Source of the DNA: an uncultured Candidatus Saccharibacteria bacterium
Lineage (GTDB): Bacteria > Patescibacteriota > Dojkabacteria > SC72
Length of the DNA stretch: 64,000 nucleotides
Assembly (NCBI GenBank): GCA_964610125.1
Contig: CAZSUV010000001.1
Coordinates: forward strand, 383,877-447,876
Direction of reading: 5' to 3'
This document shows, one piece after another, positions 1 to 10,203 of this stretch. The translations under genes were made by a program, and so were the position numbers. Every line of letters begins with the position of its first letter. The first letter of the stretch is position 1. Below the pieces are notes generated by a model that had not been told where the DNA came from, made no database searches, and was given only the letters and a program-made list of their open reading frames with translations.

Positions 1-626
1 ATCATAGCGCTTATAACATCCATAAAGGAAAGTTTCTCGATATCTAATTTTCTTGGAAATTTCTCGGAATACAAATTTACAGCTATAACTTTTTGCGCTC
101 CCATCTGCCTTACGACATCTACGGGTACAGGGTTTGTATTTCCACCGTCAATTAGAACAGTATCCCTGTATTGTACAGGCTTTAGCAATAGTGGTATGGA
201 AATACTTGCCCTAATGGCTTCAAGCAAATTTCCCTCTTTTAAAATCACAGGTTGTGCGGTATTCAAATCTGTTGCTATTGCCGCAAAAGGAATTTTAGTG
301 TCTTGAATCAATGTAGTTTTGCCAATATATCCATCAAGTAAGTCTAGAACTCTTTCTCCTTTGAATACACTAGATTTTAATGAAGGGTCAAAAAAAGCAT
401 TAAACATATCCTTGTATCCCTTTGAATATGCAAGTTCTTCAATGATTTTTATATCTTTTGTAAGTGCATACATTCCGCCAACAACAGAACCGATACTTGT
501 ACCAGCAATATAGTCAATGGAGATATTGTTCTTTTCTAATTCTTTTATAACGCCAATATGAGCAATTCCCTTAGCAGCTCCTGCTCCTAAAGCTAAACCA
601 ATTTTCTTTTTAAAAAGGTGGAACAT
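1..626 (-). CDS. Patatin-like phospholipase, partial (N-terminus at 626; C-terminus runs off the window start)
   Basis: Reverse-strand translation from the ATG at 624-626 reads MFHLFKKKIGLALGAGAAKG...DYIAGTSIGS...LIDGG. This gives the patatin glycine-rich oxyanion motif, a GxSxG serine nucleophile and the DGG aspartate motif. Confidence 0.6.
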   Translation of the reverse strand, partial: MFHLFKKKIGLALGAGAAKGIAHIGVIKELEKNNISIDYIAGTSIGSVVGGMYALTKDIKIIEELAYSKGYKDMFNAFFDPSLKSSVFKGERVLDLLDGYIGKTTLIQDTKIPFAAIATDLNTAQPVILKEGNLLEAIRASISIPLLLKPVQYRDTVLIDGGNTNPVPVDVVRQMGAQKVIAVNLYSEKFPRKLDIEKLSFMDVISAM

Positions 627-629
627 ATT

Positions 630-2600
630 TTAATTATTAATATTAGATTGAATTTCTTTAATTTGGTCTCTTAATTCCGCTGCTTTTTCAAATTGCATAC
701 TGTCTGCAGCAAGTAACATCTTAGCTTCTAATTTCTTAATTAACAATCGTTTTTGTTTTTGGTCTAATTTCTCAACATATTCATCATCTACATTTATCTC
801 TTCTTCTTTCTCTACTAATGATCCTCTTATTTCTTTTACAATTGAAGTAGGGGTTATTCCATTTTCTTCATTATATTTCTTCTGATATTCTCTTCTTCTG
901 TTGGTCTCAGAAATAGCGTATTTCATACTATCTGTCATATTATCGGCGTACATTATAACTCGGCCTTGTACATGCCTTGCAGCTCTTCCAATGGTCTGTA
1001 CAAGACTTGTCTTAGACCTAAGGAACCCTTCTTTGTCTGCATCCAATATTATAACCAACGAGACCTCAGGTAAATCGATTCCCTCTCTTAAAAGATTTAT
1101 GCCTACTAATACATCATATTTTCCTAATCTTAACTCTCTTAGAATTTCAACTCTTTCAACAGTATCAATATCGGAATGTAAATATTGAACTTTAATCCCA
1201 GAATCCTTAAGGTAATCTGTTAGATCTTCAGCCATACGTTTAGTTAATGTTGTAACTAATACCCTTTGTCCATTAGCAACATTCTTGTTTATCTCTGTAA
1301 TTACATCATCAATCTGTCCCTCGGTCTTTCTAATTTCAATCTCTGGATCTACCAACCCAGTTGGCCTTGTAAGTAGCTCTACAACGCTCTTGTTGCTATC
1401 TTGTAATTCATATTCAGAAGGAGTTGCAGATATATATACTGTAGTGCCTTGTTTTTTTACAAACTCATTGAAATTGAGGGGTCGATTGTCTCTTGCACTT
1501 GGTAATCTAAATCCATATTCAATCAAGTTATCTTTTCTTGCTCTGTCCCCATTGTACATACCACCTACTTGAGGGATTGTAATGTGAGACTCATCAATGA
1601 ACATGAGGTAATCCTCTGGGAAGTAATCCAAAAGTGTGTAAGGTGGTTCACCAGTTTTTCTACCATCAAAATAGATTGAATAGTTTTCCATACTCTTACA
1701 ATATCCAACCTCTTGAAGCATTTCGATGTCATAGTTGGTTTTTTGTTCTAATCTGTAAGCCTCGACATCCTTTCCAATGTTTTTAAGGAAAGCTACACGT
1801 TGCATTAAATCTCTCTGAATGTTTCCAACTGCTGATTTGATTACGTCATCAGAATATACCAACGATGTAGCTGGGAAGATCAAGATTTCCTTCATCTCCT
1901 GTATTTTGTGCTTTGATATTGGATCTACCTTGAATATGTTTTCAATGGTATCGCCAAACATTTCAATTCTAATGGAATATTCCTCATATGGCGGGAATAT
2001 TTCTACAGTATCACCATTAATTCTAAATACTCCAGTATCAAAATCATATGTATCTCTAACATATCGCATCATTACTAATTCTTTAGCCAAAGCAGTTAGA
2101 TTAAAATCATGTCCTTTACGTAGTTCTAGTGATTTGTTTTCATAGTTCTCTGGATCTCCAATGTTGTAGATGCATGATACTGAAGCAACGACAATTGTAT
2201 CCTTTCTTGTTAGGGCTGAATTCATAGCCCCAAACCTTAGGTTCTCAATAGCTTTGTTTACCTGAGATTCCTTTTCAATGTAAAGATCTTTTGAAGGAAT
2301 ATATGCCTCTGGTTGATAGTAATCGTAGTATGAGACAAAATATTTAACAGAATTCTCTGGGAAGAATTCTTTAAATTCTTCATACAATTGCGCAGCTAAG
2401 GTTTTGTTGTGAGAAAGTATTAAAGTTGGTCTGTCTAATTTTTGTATGACATTAGCCATGACAAAAGTTTTTCCTGATCCAGTTACCCCGAGCAATGTTT
2501 GTTTCTGCTTACCATTCTCAATATTTTGTATTAGCTCATTTGTAGCCTTCTGTTGGTCAGGAGAAATGTCATATGGTGCTTGTAATCTGAATGAATCCAT
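630..2600 (-). CDS. uvrB: Excinuclease ABC subunit B (UvrB)
   Basis: 656 aa. Walker A GVTGSGKTF, helicase motifs, and a C-terminal UvrB/UvrC-interaction helix (MQFEKAAELRDQI) are present. Confidence 0.95.
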   Translation of the reverse strand: MDSFRLQAPYDISPDQQKATNELIQNIENGKQKQTLLGVTGSGKTFVMANVIQKLDRPTLILSHNKTLAAQLYEEFKEFFPENSVKYFVSYYDYYQPEAYIPSKDLYIEKESQVNKAIENLRFGAMNSALTRKDTIVVASVSCIYNIGDPENYENKSLELRKGHDFNLTALAKELVMMRYVRDTYDFDTGVFRINGDTVEIFPPYEEYSIRIEMFGDTIENIFKVDPISKHKIQEMKEILIFPATSLVYSDDVIKSAVGNIQRDLMQRVAFLKNIGKDVEAYRLEQKTNYDIEMLQEVGYCKSMENYSIYFDGRKTGEPPYTLLDYFPEDYLMFIDESHITIPQVGGMYNGDRARKDNLIEYGFRLPSARDNRPLNFNEFVKKQGTTVYISATPSEYELQDSNKSVVELLTRPTGLVDPEIEIRKTEGQIDDVITEINKNVANGQRVLVTTLTKRMAEDLTDYLKDSGIKVQYLHSDIDTVERVEILRELRLGKYDVLVGINLLREGIDLPEVSLVIILDADKEGFLRSKTSLVQTIGRAARHVQGRVIMYADNMTDSMKYAISETNRRREYQKKYNEENGITPTSIVKEIRGSLVEKEEEINVDDEYVEKLDQKQKRLLIKKLEAKMLLAADSMQFEKAAELRDQIKEIQSNINN

Positions 2601-2644
2601 ATGACGATTTTAGCAGATATGGGTTTGTGTTAAAATACATACAT

Positions 2645-4513
2645 ATGGAAAGACCAAAATTAAACAGATTAACGGCAGAGGTAGTGAATCAGATTGCGGC
2701 AGGAGAGGTTATTGAGCGTCCTGCATCTGTAGTCAAAGAGTTGGTAGACAATGCAATTGATGCTAAGGCAGGTAAAATTACAATACGAATCAATGGCGGT
2801 GGTATGAAGATGATTGAGATTAGTGATGATGGTATTGGTATACCGAAAGAAAATCTAAATGATATTTTTGATGCACATACAACTTCAAAGTTGAGAAGTA
2901 TTGAAGATTTAAACACATTAATGAGCATGGGGTTTAGAGGGGAAGCACTTTCTACAATTACCTCAATTGCAAAGGTAACCGTAGTTTCAAAATTTGAAGA
3001 GGATCAGGTTGGGTACGAGATTGGATTTGATGAAAATGGGAAATCTGAAATTAAAAAGAGTGCAAGAGAAAAGGGGACTTCTGTAAAAGTTGAGGATCTT
3101 TTCTACAATATTCCAGCCAGAAGAAAATATCTTAAATCAGAGCAAACAGAATACAGAAAGATATATGAATTGTTAGCTAAATATTTCCTTGTCTATCCAA
3201 ATATTCACTTTGTATTGGAAAAAGATGGGAAGAAGGTATTGGATCTACCCGAAGTTAAAGATGCAAAACGGGGTACTGTGCAATTAGAAAGAGTTAAAGA
3301 TATATTTCCAGATGACACCGGGTTGGCAATTTTTTATGATGGTTCAGGCATATCCATGAATGGTTACGCGGCACATCCTTCTTTGCATGGCCCTAAGGTT
3401 ATGAAGCAGTATGTATTCATTAACGGTCGTCCAATTACTGAACGTGGGATTGTTAGAGCCGTGTATGAGGGGTATTCCAGATATCTGCCATTCGGTGAGA
3501 AGATCCCTTTTGTTTTAAATATTACAATTAGGCCCGATTTAGTTGATGTTAATGTGCATCCAAGAAAGGAAGAAGTTAGATTTGAGAATGCATTTAGAGT
3601 ATATTCTGCTGTTCAAGAAGCTGTACAACATACATTAGAGAAAGCATTGTCATACAATTCTAAAACTTCAGATGAGAATGGTGAGGGAAGCCAAGCATTT
3701 AGTATGTCAAATAGCAGTCAAAACAGTTTTGCTGATATGCGAAGCAGGTTCGCAAGTAAAGGAAATAGTACAGGGAGTAATAGGGAATATGCGGATGGCG
3801 GAAGTGGTGATATATCTTTCAACAACAAGGCCTCTTCTGTGAGAGATAGCCTACTCTTCTCAAAACAGGTAATGGAACAAAGTCCTATGAATTTTGATTT
3901 TAAGAATGAAGAAAATACCCATTTACCTAATGAAAATAGTACATTTACAAATATATTCCAAATATTTGATAAATATATAGTTATTGAGTTCCAAGACGAA
4001 CGTCTTTGGGTCATAGATCAACATGCCGCTGCAGAGCGTATCAATTTTGAAAGAATATCTAAAAATGAGAAAGAGAAGCAAAACATTCAAACACTCCTAG
4101 TTCCTCAACAACTTACATTTACACAAGAAGAAAAACTATTCTTAGAGGAATATATGCAGTTCTTTAAAGATTTAGGCTTTGATTATGAAATAACCGTCAA
4201 TGGGATTGATTTACATACTACTCCAGTTGAGTTTACATTTGATATTGAAAAGATGTTTAAAGAGATGTTTGAATTAGCAGATAACCCAGGTATACTTAAG
4301 CAGAACTTTGAAAAACTTAGACATGATATATTAGCAACAATTGCCTGCCATACTAGTGTAAGATCAGGAAAGAAATTAGAGCGAAGCGAGATGATAAATA
4401 TATTTAATGAGCTTTTGAAATGTCAGAATCCATATAGTTGTCCTCATGGAAGACCAGCAATTTGGAAATTGACACTAGATTTAATTGATAAAAACTTTGA
4501 AAGGACATATTAA
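2645..4513 (+). CDS. mutL: DNA mismatch repair protein MutL
   Basis: GHKL ATPase N-terminus (NQIAAGEVIERPASVVKELVDNAIDA). I prefer the internal Met at 2645 (MERPKLN...) to the ORF-track start at 2591, which overlaps the divergent uvrB start. Confidence 0.9.
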   Translation: MERPKLNRLTAEVVNQIAAGEVIERPASVVKELVDNAIDAKAGKITIRINGGGMKMIEISDDGIGIPKENLNDIFDAHTTSKLRSIEDLNTLMSMGFRGEALSTITSIAKVTVVSKFEEDQVGYEIGFDENGKSEIKKSAREKGTSVKVEDLFYNIPARRKYLKSEQTEYRKIYELLAKYFLVYPNIHFVLEKDGKKVLDLPEVKDAKRGTVQLERVKDIFPDDTGLAIFYDGSGISMNGYAAHPSLHGPKVMKQYVFINGRPITERGIVRAVYEGYSRYLPFGEKIPFVLNITIRPDLVDVNVHPRKEEVRFENAFRVYSAVQEAVQHTLEKALSYNSKTSDENGEGSQAFSMSNSSQNSFADMRSRFASKGNSTGSNREYADGGSGDISFNNKASSVRDSLLFSKQVMEQSPMNFDFKNEENTHLPNENSTFTNIFQIFDKYIVIEFQDERLWVIDQHAAAERINFERISKNEKEKQNIQTLLVPQQLTFTQEEKLFLEEYMQFFKDLGFDYEITVNGIDLHTTPVEFTFDIEKMFKEMFELADNPGILKQNFEKLRHDILATIACHTSVRSGKKLERSEMINIFNELLKCQNPYSCPHGRPAIWKLTLDLIDKNFERTY

Positions 4514-5223
4514 TGAAAACAGGAACACTCTATCTAATACCTACCCCCATTGATAATCGAGAGCTTAAGGACATTCTGCTTAAGGAAGATATCGAAAAAG
4601 TTGTTAAGCTCAAAAACTTTATTGTAGAAACGCCAAAGAATGCACGAAGAAATTTGGGTAGCTTAGAGATGGAAACGCCAATGCGAGAGATAAATATGAT
4701 GGAGCTTAGTGAGCATACAAAGAATAACGGATTAAGAGAATTACTAAAACCATTATACGAAGGACAAGATGTAGGACTTATGTCCGATGCAGGCTCCCCA
4801 AGTATTGCAGATCCAGGCTACAGACTTGTTATAGAAGCCCAAAATGCAGATATATTAGTTGTTCCATTTGTTGGGCCTTCTTCCATCATCCTTGCGTTAA
4901 TGGGCTCTGGATTAAATGGTCAAAGCTTTGCATTTAATGGATATATTCCTAAGGATGTTGAAGAATTAAGAAAAAGGATTAGACTTTTTGAAAGCTTAGC
5001 TTTGAAATTAGGTCAAACACAGATCTATATGGATACGCCATACAGAAATCAAAAACTGTATGATCATACCGTCTCGGTTTGTAATCCAAATACATACCTT
5101 TGTATTGCTTTAAATGTTGGTGGTGAGGATGGGTATATAAAAACTATGAGTATTGCCGATTGGAGAAAGAATGATATTCAACTTCCAAAACAGCCTTGTT
5201 TATTTTTGATCAATAGAATTTAA
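4513..5223 (+). CDS. rsmI: 16S rRNA 2'-O-ribose C1402 methyltransferase RsmI-like (tetrapyrrole-methylase fold)
   Basis: LYLIPTPIDN...SDAGSPSIADPGYRLV...VPFVGPSSI resembles RsmI motifs. ATGA start/stop overlap with mutL. Confidence 0.7.
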   Translation: MKTGTLYLIPTPIDNRELKDILLKEDIEKVVKLKNFIVETPKNARRNLGSLEMETPMREINMMELSEHTKNNGLRELLKPLYEGQDVGLMSDAGSPSIADPGYRLVIEAQNADILVVPFVGPSSIILALMGSGLNGQSFAFNGYIPKDVEELRKRIRLFESLALKLGQTQIYMDTPYRNQKLYDHTVSVCNPNTYLCIALNVGGEDGYIKTMSIADWRKNDIQLPKQPCLFLINRI

Positions 5224-6470
5224 TGTCAATACTAATTGGTTCTATTCCTACAACTCAGTCAGATGACTTAGAATTAGCAAAACGGATATTGAGAGGGCAA
5301 GAGAATATTGTAGATAGTACCGTTAATTTACAAAAACAATTAGAAGACATTTTCCAAAATAAAGAGGTGTATCTTTTTAATCGGGGTAGAGAAGCTCTGT
5401 ATTTCGCATTAAAGACTTTGGGAATTGCAGAGGGTGACGAAGTTATGATTCAAGCAATGACCTGTATTGCTGTGATATCTCCAATTCTTAGTTTAAAAGC
5501 TAAACCTGTGTATGTTGATATTAATCAAAGTGATTTCAATATTGATATTGCGGACTTAGAGAAGAAAATTACATCAAAGACCAAAGCTATTATTGTTCAA
5601 CATACATTTGGAAATATTGCGGATGTAAGAAAAATATCTGAACTAGCCAAAGCGCATAATATATATATAATTGAGGATTGCGCTCACCTTTTTTATACCG
5701 ATTACAGTAAGACAAATATAAATAAGTACAGCGATGTATCTTTCTTCAGCTTTGCTCAAGACAAGAGCATTAGCGCGGTACAGGGAGGTTTAGTAGTTAT
5801 TAATAATCTTCAATTAAAATCAAAAGCGATGGATATGTATCTAAATGTTGAGGATCAGGATAAATCGCAAGAAATGTATAACGCCAGATATATACAGTTA
5901 TGGAGCATTATAAAAAAATATTACTTTACTCCAATTCTTCCATTTCAATCACGAATTACATTAGGCAAAACATTGATAATGGTATTTAGATGGCTTGGGT
6001 CAATAAAGCAGCAAGCTACAAGCTCAGTAGATTCAATACTCCGTATGAATAGAATCAGTGAAGTGCAAAGTGCACTTTTGCTAAATCAACTCAATAAGTG
6101 TGATGATATGAATAAACGAAGAGAAGAGATTACAGAAATATATAATGAGAAATTGAAGCCAGAATTTAAGAATGACGGAATTACTAAGTGTTTACTTCGA
6201 TACCCGGTATTACTTTCCAATCCTGGTTCGGTTATGCAACAACTTAAAGCGCATAAATACATATGTGGGAGATGGTACAATTCTATTGTGTTCCCTATAC
6301 ATAAAAATTTAAATACGGTAGGGTATATAAATGGGAGTTGTCCAAAGGCAGAAGCTTTAACCACGGGGATATTGAATCTCCCTACAAATATCGATTTAAC
6401 AAATGAGGAAGCTATTGAGATTGCAAATATCGTAAATGAAAACGCTAAGCCTTTTAAATTTAGTAGTTAG
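5223..6470 (+). CDS. DegT/DnrJ/EryC1/StrS-family PLP-dependent sugar aminotransferase
   Basis: 415 aa. Fold type I aminotransferase signature with a candidate PLP lysine in FSFAQDKSISA. Start overlaps the rsmI stop. Confidence 0.7.
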   Translation: MSILIGSIPTTQSDDLELAKRILRGQENIVDSTVNLQKQLEDIFQNKEVYLFNRGREALYFALKTLGIAEGDEVMIQAMTCIAVISPILSLKAKPVYVDINQSDFNIDIADLEKKITSKTKAIIVQHTFGNIADVRKISELAKAHNIYIIEDCAHLFYTDYSKTNINKYSDVSFFSFAQDKSISAVQGGLVVINNLQLKSKAMDMYLNVEDQDKSQEMYNARYIQLWSIIKKYYFTPILPFQSRITLGKTLIMVFRWLGSIKQQATSSVDSILRMNRISEVQSALLLNQLNKCDDMNKRREEITEIYNEKLKPEFKNDGITKCLLRYPVLLSNPGSVMQQLKAHKYICGRWYNSIVFPIHKNLNTVGYINGSCPKAEALTTGILNLPTNIDLTNEEAIEIANIVNENAKPFKFSS

Positions 6471-6474
6471 CCAA

Positions 6475-7536
6475 ATGTCACAACTAGAATTTAGAGAAGT
6501 AACAAATGAACAAGAATGGAATGATTTGGTTTTGACACTACCTAATTATTCATTTTTAAACAGTAGCGCTAGATACCAATATTTGAAAGAAATTGGAGGA
6601 CATACATTTAGATATTTAGTTTTTAAAGCAAATGAATTTAAGGGTATAGTAGCAGGTAATATCGGTCATTCTAAAATATTTGGCAAGTTTTTAGAGTGTA
6701 AACATACCCCATTGCTTAAAGATGCAAATAAGGCGGGTTGGAGCGAAATATTGGCCTTCTGTAAGGGCCTAGGACGCACGAATGGATGCTTCATGGTACG
6801 TACATCCCCACTAATTGAGAGTGATTCTAATCTTGAAGAAGCATATTCTGAAAATTCCGTAGTTGAAGCTCCAATTCAAAATATTGATGCTTTAATATCT
6901 CAATATTTTGATCTTAGTAAATCTGAGGAAGATTTAAGACATGATATGACTGATTCAACAAGGAATAATATTAACAAGCTTTCAAAGAATCCTGATATTT
7001 CTATTAGGGTGTTTGATGATAATTCACAGTTTGAGCTATTTAAAAATTTCCATGAACAGACAAAGAAGAACAAAGGGTATACAGATAGACCTGCCGAGCT
7101 ATTATTAAAAGAGCTACAAATTCAAGTTGATAACCATATGTGCTATATGATTGTTGGATATTTCCAAGATAGGCCAATTAGTATTTGGCAATGTACAGTG
7201 TTTGGAAAGTATATGCATATATATCAGGCGGGAAGTGATACAGAATTTAGAGAAAAGAATATTCGTGTTACATACTTGCTATTCTGGGAATCAGTTAAAC
7301 TTGCAAAACAGTTAGGGCTACAAGTACTTGATCTCTTTGGAGGTATGACTCCACCAAACTATATTGGTAATAAACATCCTTGGTCAGGTGTAAATTCATT
7401 TAAAGAAAGTCTTGGAGGAAAGAAAATGGTATATATGCATAGTAGAGATTTTGCAATTAACAGACCTATGTATTTCCTTTACTACATATATTCATATATT
7501 AGAACAACACTAAAAGGATATACCATTAAGTGGTAG
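6475..7536 (+). CDS. FemAB-family peptidoglycan interpeptide-bridge aminoacyltransferase (putative)
   Basis: About 350 aa GNAT-like protein with FemX-like layout. I prefer the internal Met (MSQLEFREV) at 6475 to avoid the 35-nt overlap with the upstream gene. Confidence 0.45.
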   Translation: MSQLEFREVTNEQEWNDLVLTLPNYSFLNSSARYQYLKEIGGHTFRYLVFKANEFKGIVAGNIGHSKIFGKFLECKHTPLLKDANKAGWSEILAFCKGLGRTNGCFMVRTSPLIESDSNLEEAYSENSVVEAPIQNIDALISQYFDLSKSEEDLRHDMTDSTRNNINKLSKNPDISIRVFDDNSQFELFKNFHEQTKKNKGYTDRPAELLLKELQIQVDNHMCYMIVGYFQDRPISIWQCTVFGKYMHIYQAGSDTEFREKNIRVTYLLFWESVKLAKQLGLQVLDLFGGMTPPNYIGNKHPWSGVNSFKESLGGKKMVYMHSRDFAINRPMYFLYYIYSYIRTTLKGYTIKW

Positions 7537-7538
7537 TT

Positions 7539-9269
7539 TTACCAACTGCCACCACCTCCGCCACCAAAACCACCACCTGAGCTTCCACCGCTAAATCCAC
7601 TTCCCCCAGAGCCGCCATGGGAGGATGCAAAGCCATGCGTGCTATTACTTGGGGTAGAATGGGAAATGACTTGCTTGTTTACATGGTTTAAGGAAGAGAT
7701 TAAGTAGTAGGTATGAAAAAGTCCAGTTCCTCTATTACTACTTTCATACCACTCAGGTTGTTCAATATATATATCCTCAAATTCTTTCGCCCATCGTTTT
7801 TCTAATCCGAAAATCATGGCGTATGGAAGAAGTTGCTCGAATACACCAAGATACTTCTTAGGATTATCATGAAATTCAATTCTGTGCTTTTCTGCGGTGT
7901 TAATGTACATTTTTAGCCCTAATAGTTGATAGAAATTTTCGTTCCCTGTGACATCTCGTTTGTCTATTTTAATAGATAAAAATACAAAGATTATAAACGA
8001 CACAACTAATCCCCAAAACCAACTCATAGCAGCATTTGTGGATAATATCCCAATTAAGCAAACACTAATAACTATACCCGCAATACTTAACGCGCTTATC
8101 CTATTAGCTAGATTTTGTTTTGATCTGGAGAAGTAACCTTCTTCATATAGGCGCTTTTCTGTTGTAAATTTTAACTTAGAAACTGTCGCATAGAATTTTG
8201 TGCTTAAATTATTCAGATTAATAGTATCTTTCTCCTGGAATAGGCCATCATAGAGTATTTTTTCCTCTGGGTCTGTCGGAGCCTCTTTAGAAGATTTAAC
8301 AAATTCATAGTCTGTTTTTGAAATTTGTTTAATCTTAAGATATCCATTTATAGCTAAATCAATGATTTGAGCAGTTATAACATTATTAGGAAGATACTTA
8401 CTATAAATAAATCCACTTCTAAGAGGGTTCCATCCCTTAGGTACATTATAACTTGGAATAATAGTAATCTTTTTATTTTTCTTTATTCTTGAGGAAATAA
8501 TAATAACTGCAATAATTGCGAAAACTGGCAGAAACAAACCGCTGTTTGCAACTGCAGATTGGAGTCTCTGTTGACTTTCGGTATTTGCAATTGTGTCCTT
8601 GGGCATTGCAACTACAATAGTTAATCCTTCATACACACGAAGATTATTTGTTTCTATTGTTAGTGTATTTTCTCCAGATTCTGTAATTGTGCAATTTGAA
8701 TCTTTTGAGTTAGTTACTCCCGTATAGCAAACCGCATTAATTATTTTGCCAGGGACAGTAATATTAGCTACTACTGAATTGATAGGCACATCCCAACCAG
8801 TTCCTGTAATATTAAGATACAACTCATCATGATCATCAAAATAATTATTCGCATACGTTAATTTATAATCTAAAATATACGTGTAATCACCAATTACTGT
8901 TGTGTCATCACTCCCAATTTTAAATATTACATAACCATTTTGATATTCTCTTCCGTAAGTATTGTACCTATCATTAGAAAATCCTTTTTGAAAATATTCA
9001 AGATTGTTTAGTTTAAGGAGAGTAGGGCGTGTAAATGATCCAGAAGTTTTATAATTAATCGGAATCTCTCGATATATTCCATGTCTAGCAAATGTAAAGT
9101 GATAGTCGATTGATTCATTGATTGATATAGAAGCATCTTTGTTGAGGGTTACATCACTATTAAATACATTAATATAGTCAGTGTAACTGTAATCCTGAGC
9201 AAAAGCCCTGGAAGGTAATACTAAAATTACTCCCAATACTAATGAAAGCGCAAGTAATAGCTTCTTCAT
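7539..9269 (-). CDS. DUF2207-family membrane protein
   Basis: Signal peptide, large extracytoplasmic domain, several TM helices and a C-terminal Gly-rich tail (...GGSSGGGFGGGGGGSW) typical of DUF2207. Adjacent to LemA, as is common for this pair. Confidence 0.6.
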   Translation of the reverse strand: MKKLLLALSLVLGVILVLPSRAFAQDYSYTDYINVFNSDVTLNKDASISINESIDYHFTFARHGIYREIPINYKTSGSFTRPTLLKLNNLEYFQKGFSNDRYNTYGREYQNGYVIFKIGSDDTTVIGDYTYILDYKLTYANNYFDDHDELYLNITGTGWDVPINSVVANITVPGKIINAVCYTGVTNSKDSNCTITESGENTLTIETNNLRVYEGLTIVVAMPKDTIANTESQQRLQSAVANSGLFLPVFAIIAVIIISSRIKKNKKITIIPSYNVPKGWNPLRSGFIYSKYLPNNVITAQIIDLAINGYLKIKQISKTDYEFVKSSKEAPTDPEEKILYDGLFQEKDTINLNNLSTKFYATVSKLKFTTEKRLYEEGYFSRSKQNLANRISALSIAGIVISVCLIGILSTNAAMSWFWGLVVSFIIFVFLSIKIDKRDVTGNENFYQLLGLKMYINTAEKHRIEFHDNPKKYLGVFEQLLPYAMIFGLEKRWAKEFEDIYIEQPEWYESSNRGTGLFHTYYLISSLNHVNKQVISHSTPSNSTHGFASSHGGSGGSGFSGGSSGGGFGGGGGGSW

Positions 9270-9276
9270 ACTCCTA

Positions 9277-9828
9277 TTAGAATTTTATCTCAACATTTTT
9301 TTGCTCTTCCTCTGATGCTTCAAAGAAAGGCTCTGCTTTGAATCCAAACATACCCGCAAGGATGTTATTTGGGAATACAACAATCATTGTATTAAAGTCT
9401 CTAACAGTACCATTGTAGAATCTTCTGGACTTCTGAATGTTATCTTCTAAATCCTTAAGACTTGTTTGTAAATCTAAAAAGTTTGTATTTGCTTTTAATT
9501 CTGGATAGTTTTCAGCTAATGCAAATATCTTTGAAAGACCTTTTGAAAGTTGATCCTCAAGCTTTGCTTTTTCATCAAATGAACCAGCCGACATTGCTTT
9601 GTTTCTTAACTCAGTTACAGCTTCAAAGGTTCCCTTCTCATGCTGTGCATAGCCTTTAACAATTGATACAAGATTTGGAATCATATCGTATCTCTGCTTT
9701 AGCATTGTTTCAATGTCTGCAGATGCTTCATTTATGACAACCTTCTGGCTTGCAAGTTTGTTATAAAGAGAAACGAGAACTATTGCTAATAGCAATACGA
9801 TTCCCAGTGTTATGTATAGTGCTGTCAT
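9277..9828 (-). CDS. LemA-family membrane protein
   Basis: N-terminal TM helix followed by a LemA-like soluble domain (...LKQRYDMIPNLV...GTVRDFNT...). Confidence 0.75.
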   Translation of the reverse strand: MTALYITLGIVLLLAIVLVSLYNKLASQKVVINEASADIETMLKQRYDMIPNLVSIVKGYAQHEKGTFEAVTELRNKAMSAGSFDEKAKLEDQLSKGLSKIFALAENYPELKANTNFLDLQTSLKDLEDNIQKSRRFYNGTVRDFNTMIVVFPNNILAGMFGFKAEPFFEASEEEQKNVEIKF

Positions 9829-9943
9829 GTAAATATTTCTTTAAGTTAGATATACATTCATTTTAGATTCTTTCGATATGGAATGCAATATAAAAAGAAA
9901 CCCCTCCAAGTGAGGGGTTGTACATGCATGTATTGGTTTTAAA

Positions 9944-10138
9944 CTATTTCTCCTTAGCTACTTTTTTTGTAGCCTTCTTCTTAACAACCTTTTTGACAGT
10001 TGTTTTCTTTACAGCCTTTTTAGCAACTTTCTTTTTTGCTACCTTTTTTACAGCTTTCTTGACAACCTTCTTCTTCATTGTCTTCTTTGCTGCTGGCTTT
10101 TTAACAACTTTTTTCTTTGTTGTTTTAGCTTTGGGCAT
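9944..10138 (-). CDS. Lys/Ala-rich basic protein (histone H1/HC2-like nucleoid protein candidate)
   Basis: 64 aa composed almost entirely of K, A, V and T repeats (KKVVKKPAAKK...). The mirror + strand ORF is a Phe/Thr-rich shadow. Confidence 0.5.
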   Translation of the reverse strand: MPKAKTTKKKVVKKPAAKKTMKKKVVKKAVKKVAKKKVAKKAVKKTTVKKVVKKKATKKVAKEK

Positions 10139-10203
10139 TTTTGTAAAGGTAATAGATTAAATACTATTAATTTAACACTTGGGTAATGTTTGTCAATATA
10201 CTA

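Noticed and set aside
901-2145. Multiple 95-108-aa + strand ORFs inside uvrB, and similar antisense ORFs inside mutL, nrdD, the Acd gene and others
   Set aside because: They are fully embedded antisense to long, confidently identified genes and have a low-complexity composition. These are shadow ORFs.
9918-10160. 80-aa + strand ORF rich in Phe/Thr/Leu, mirroring the K-rich gene
   Set aside because: It is the reverse-complement shadow of the AAG/AAA-rich minus-strand ORF. Its composition is implausible for a protein.
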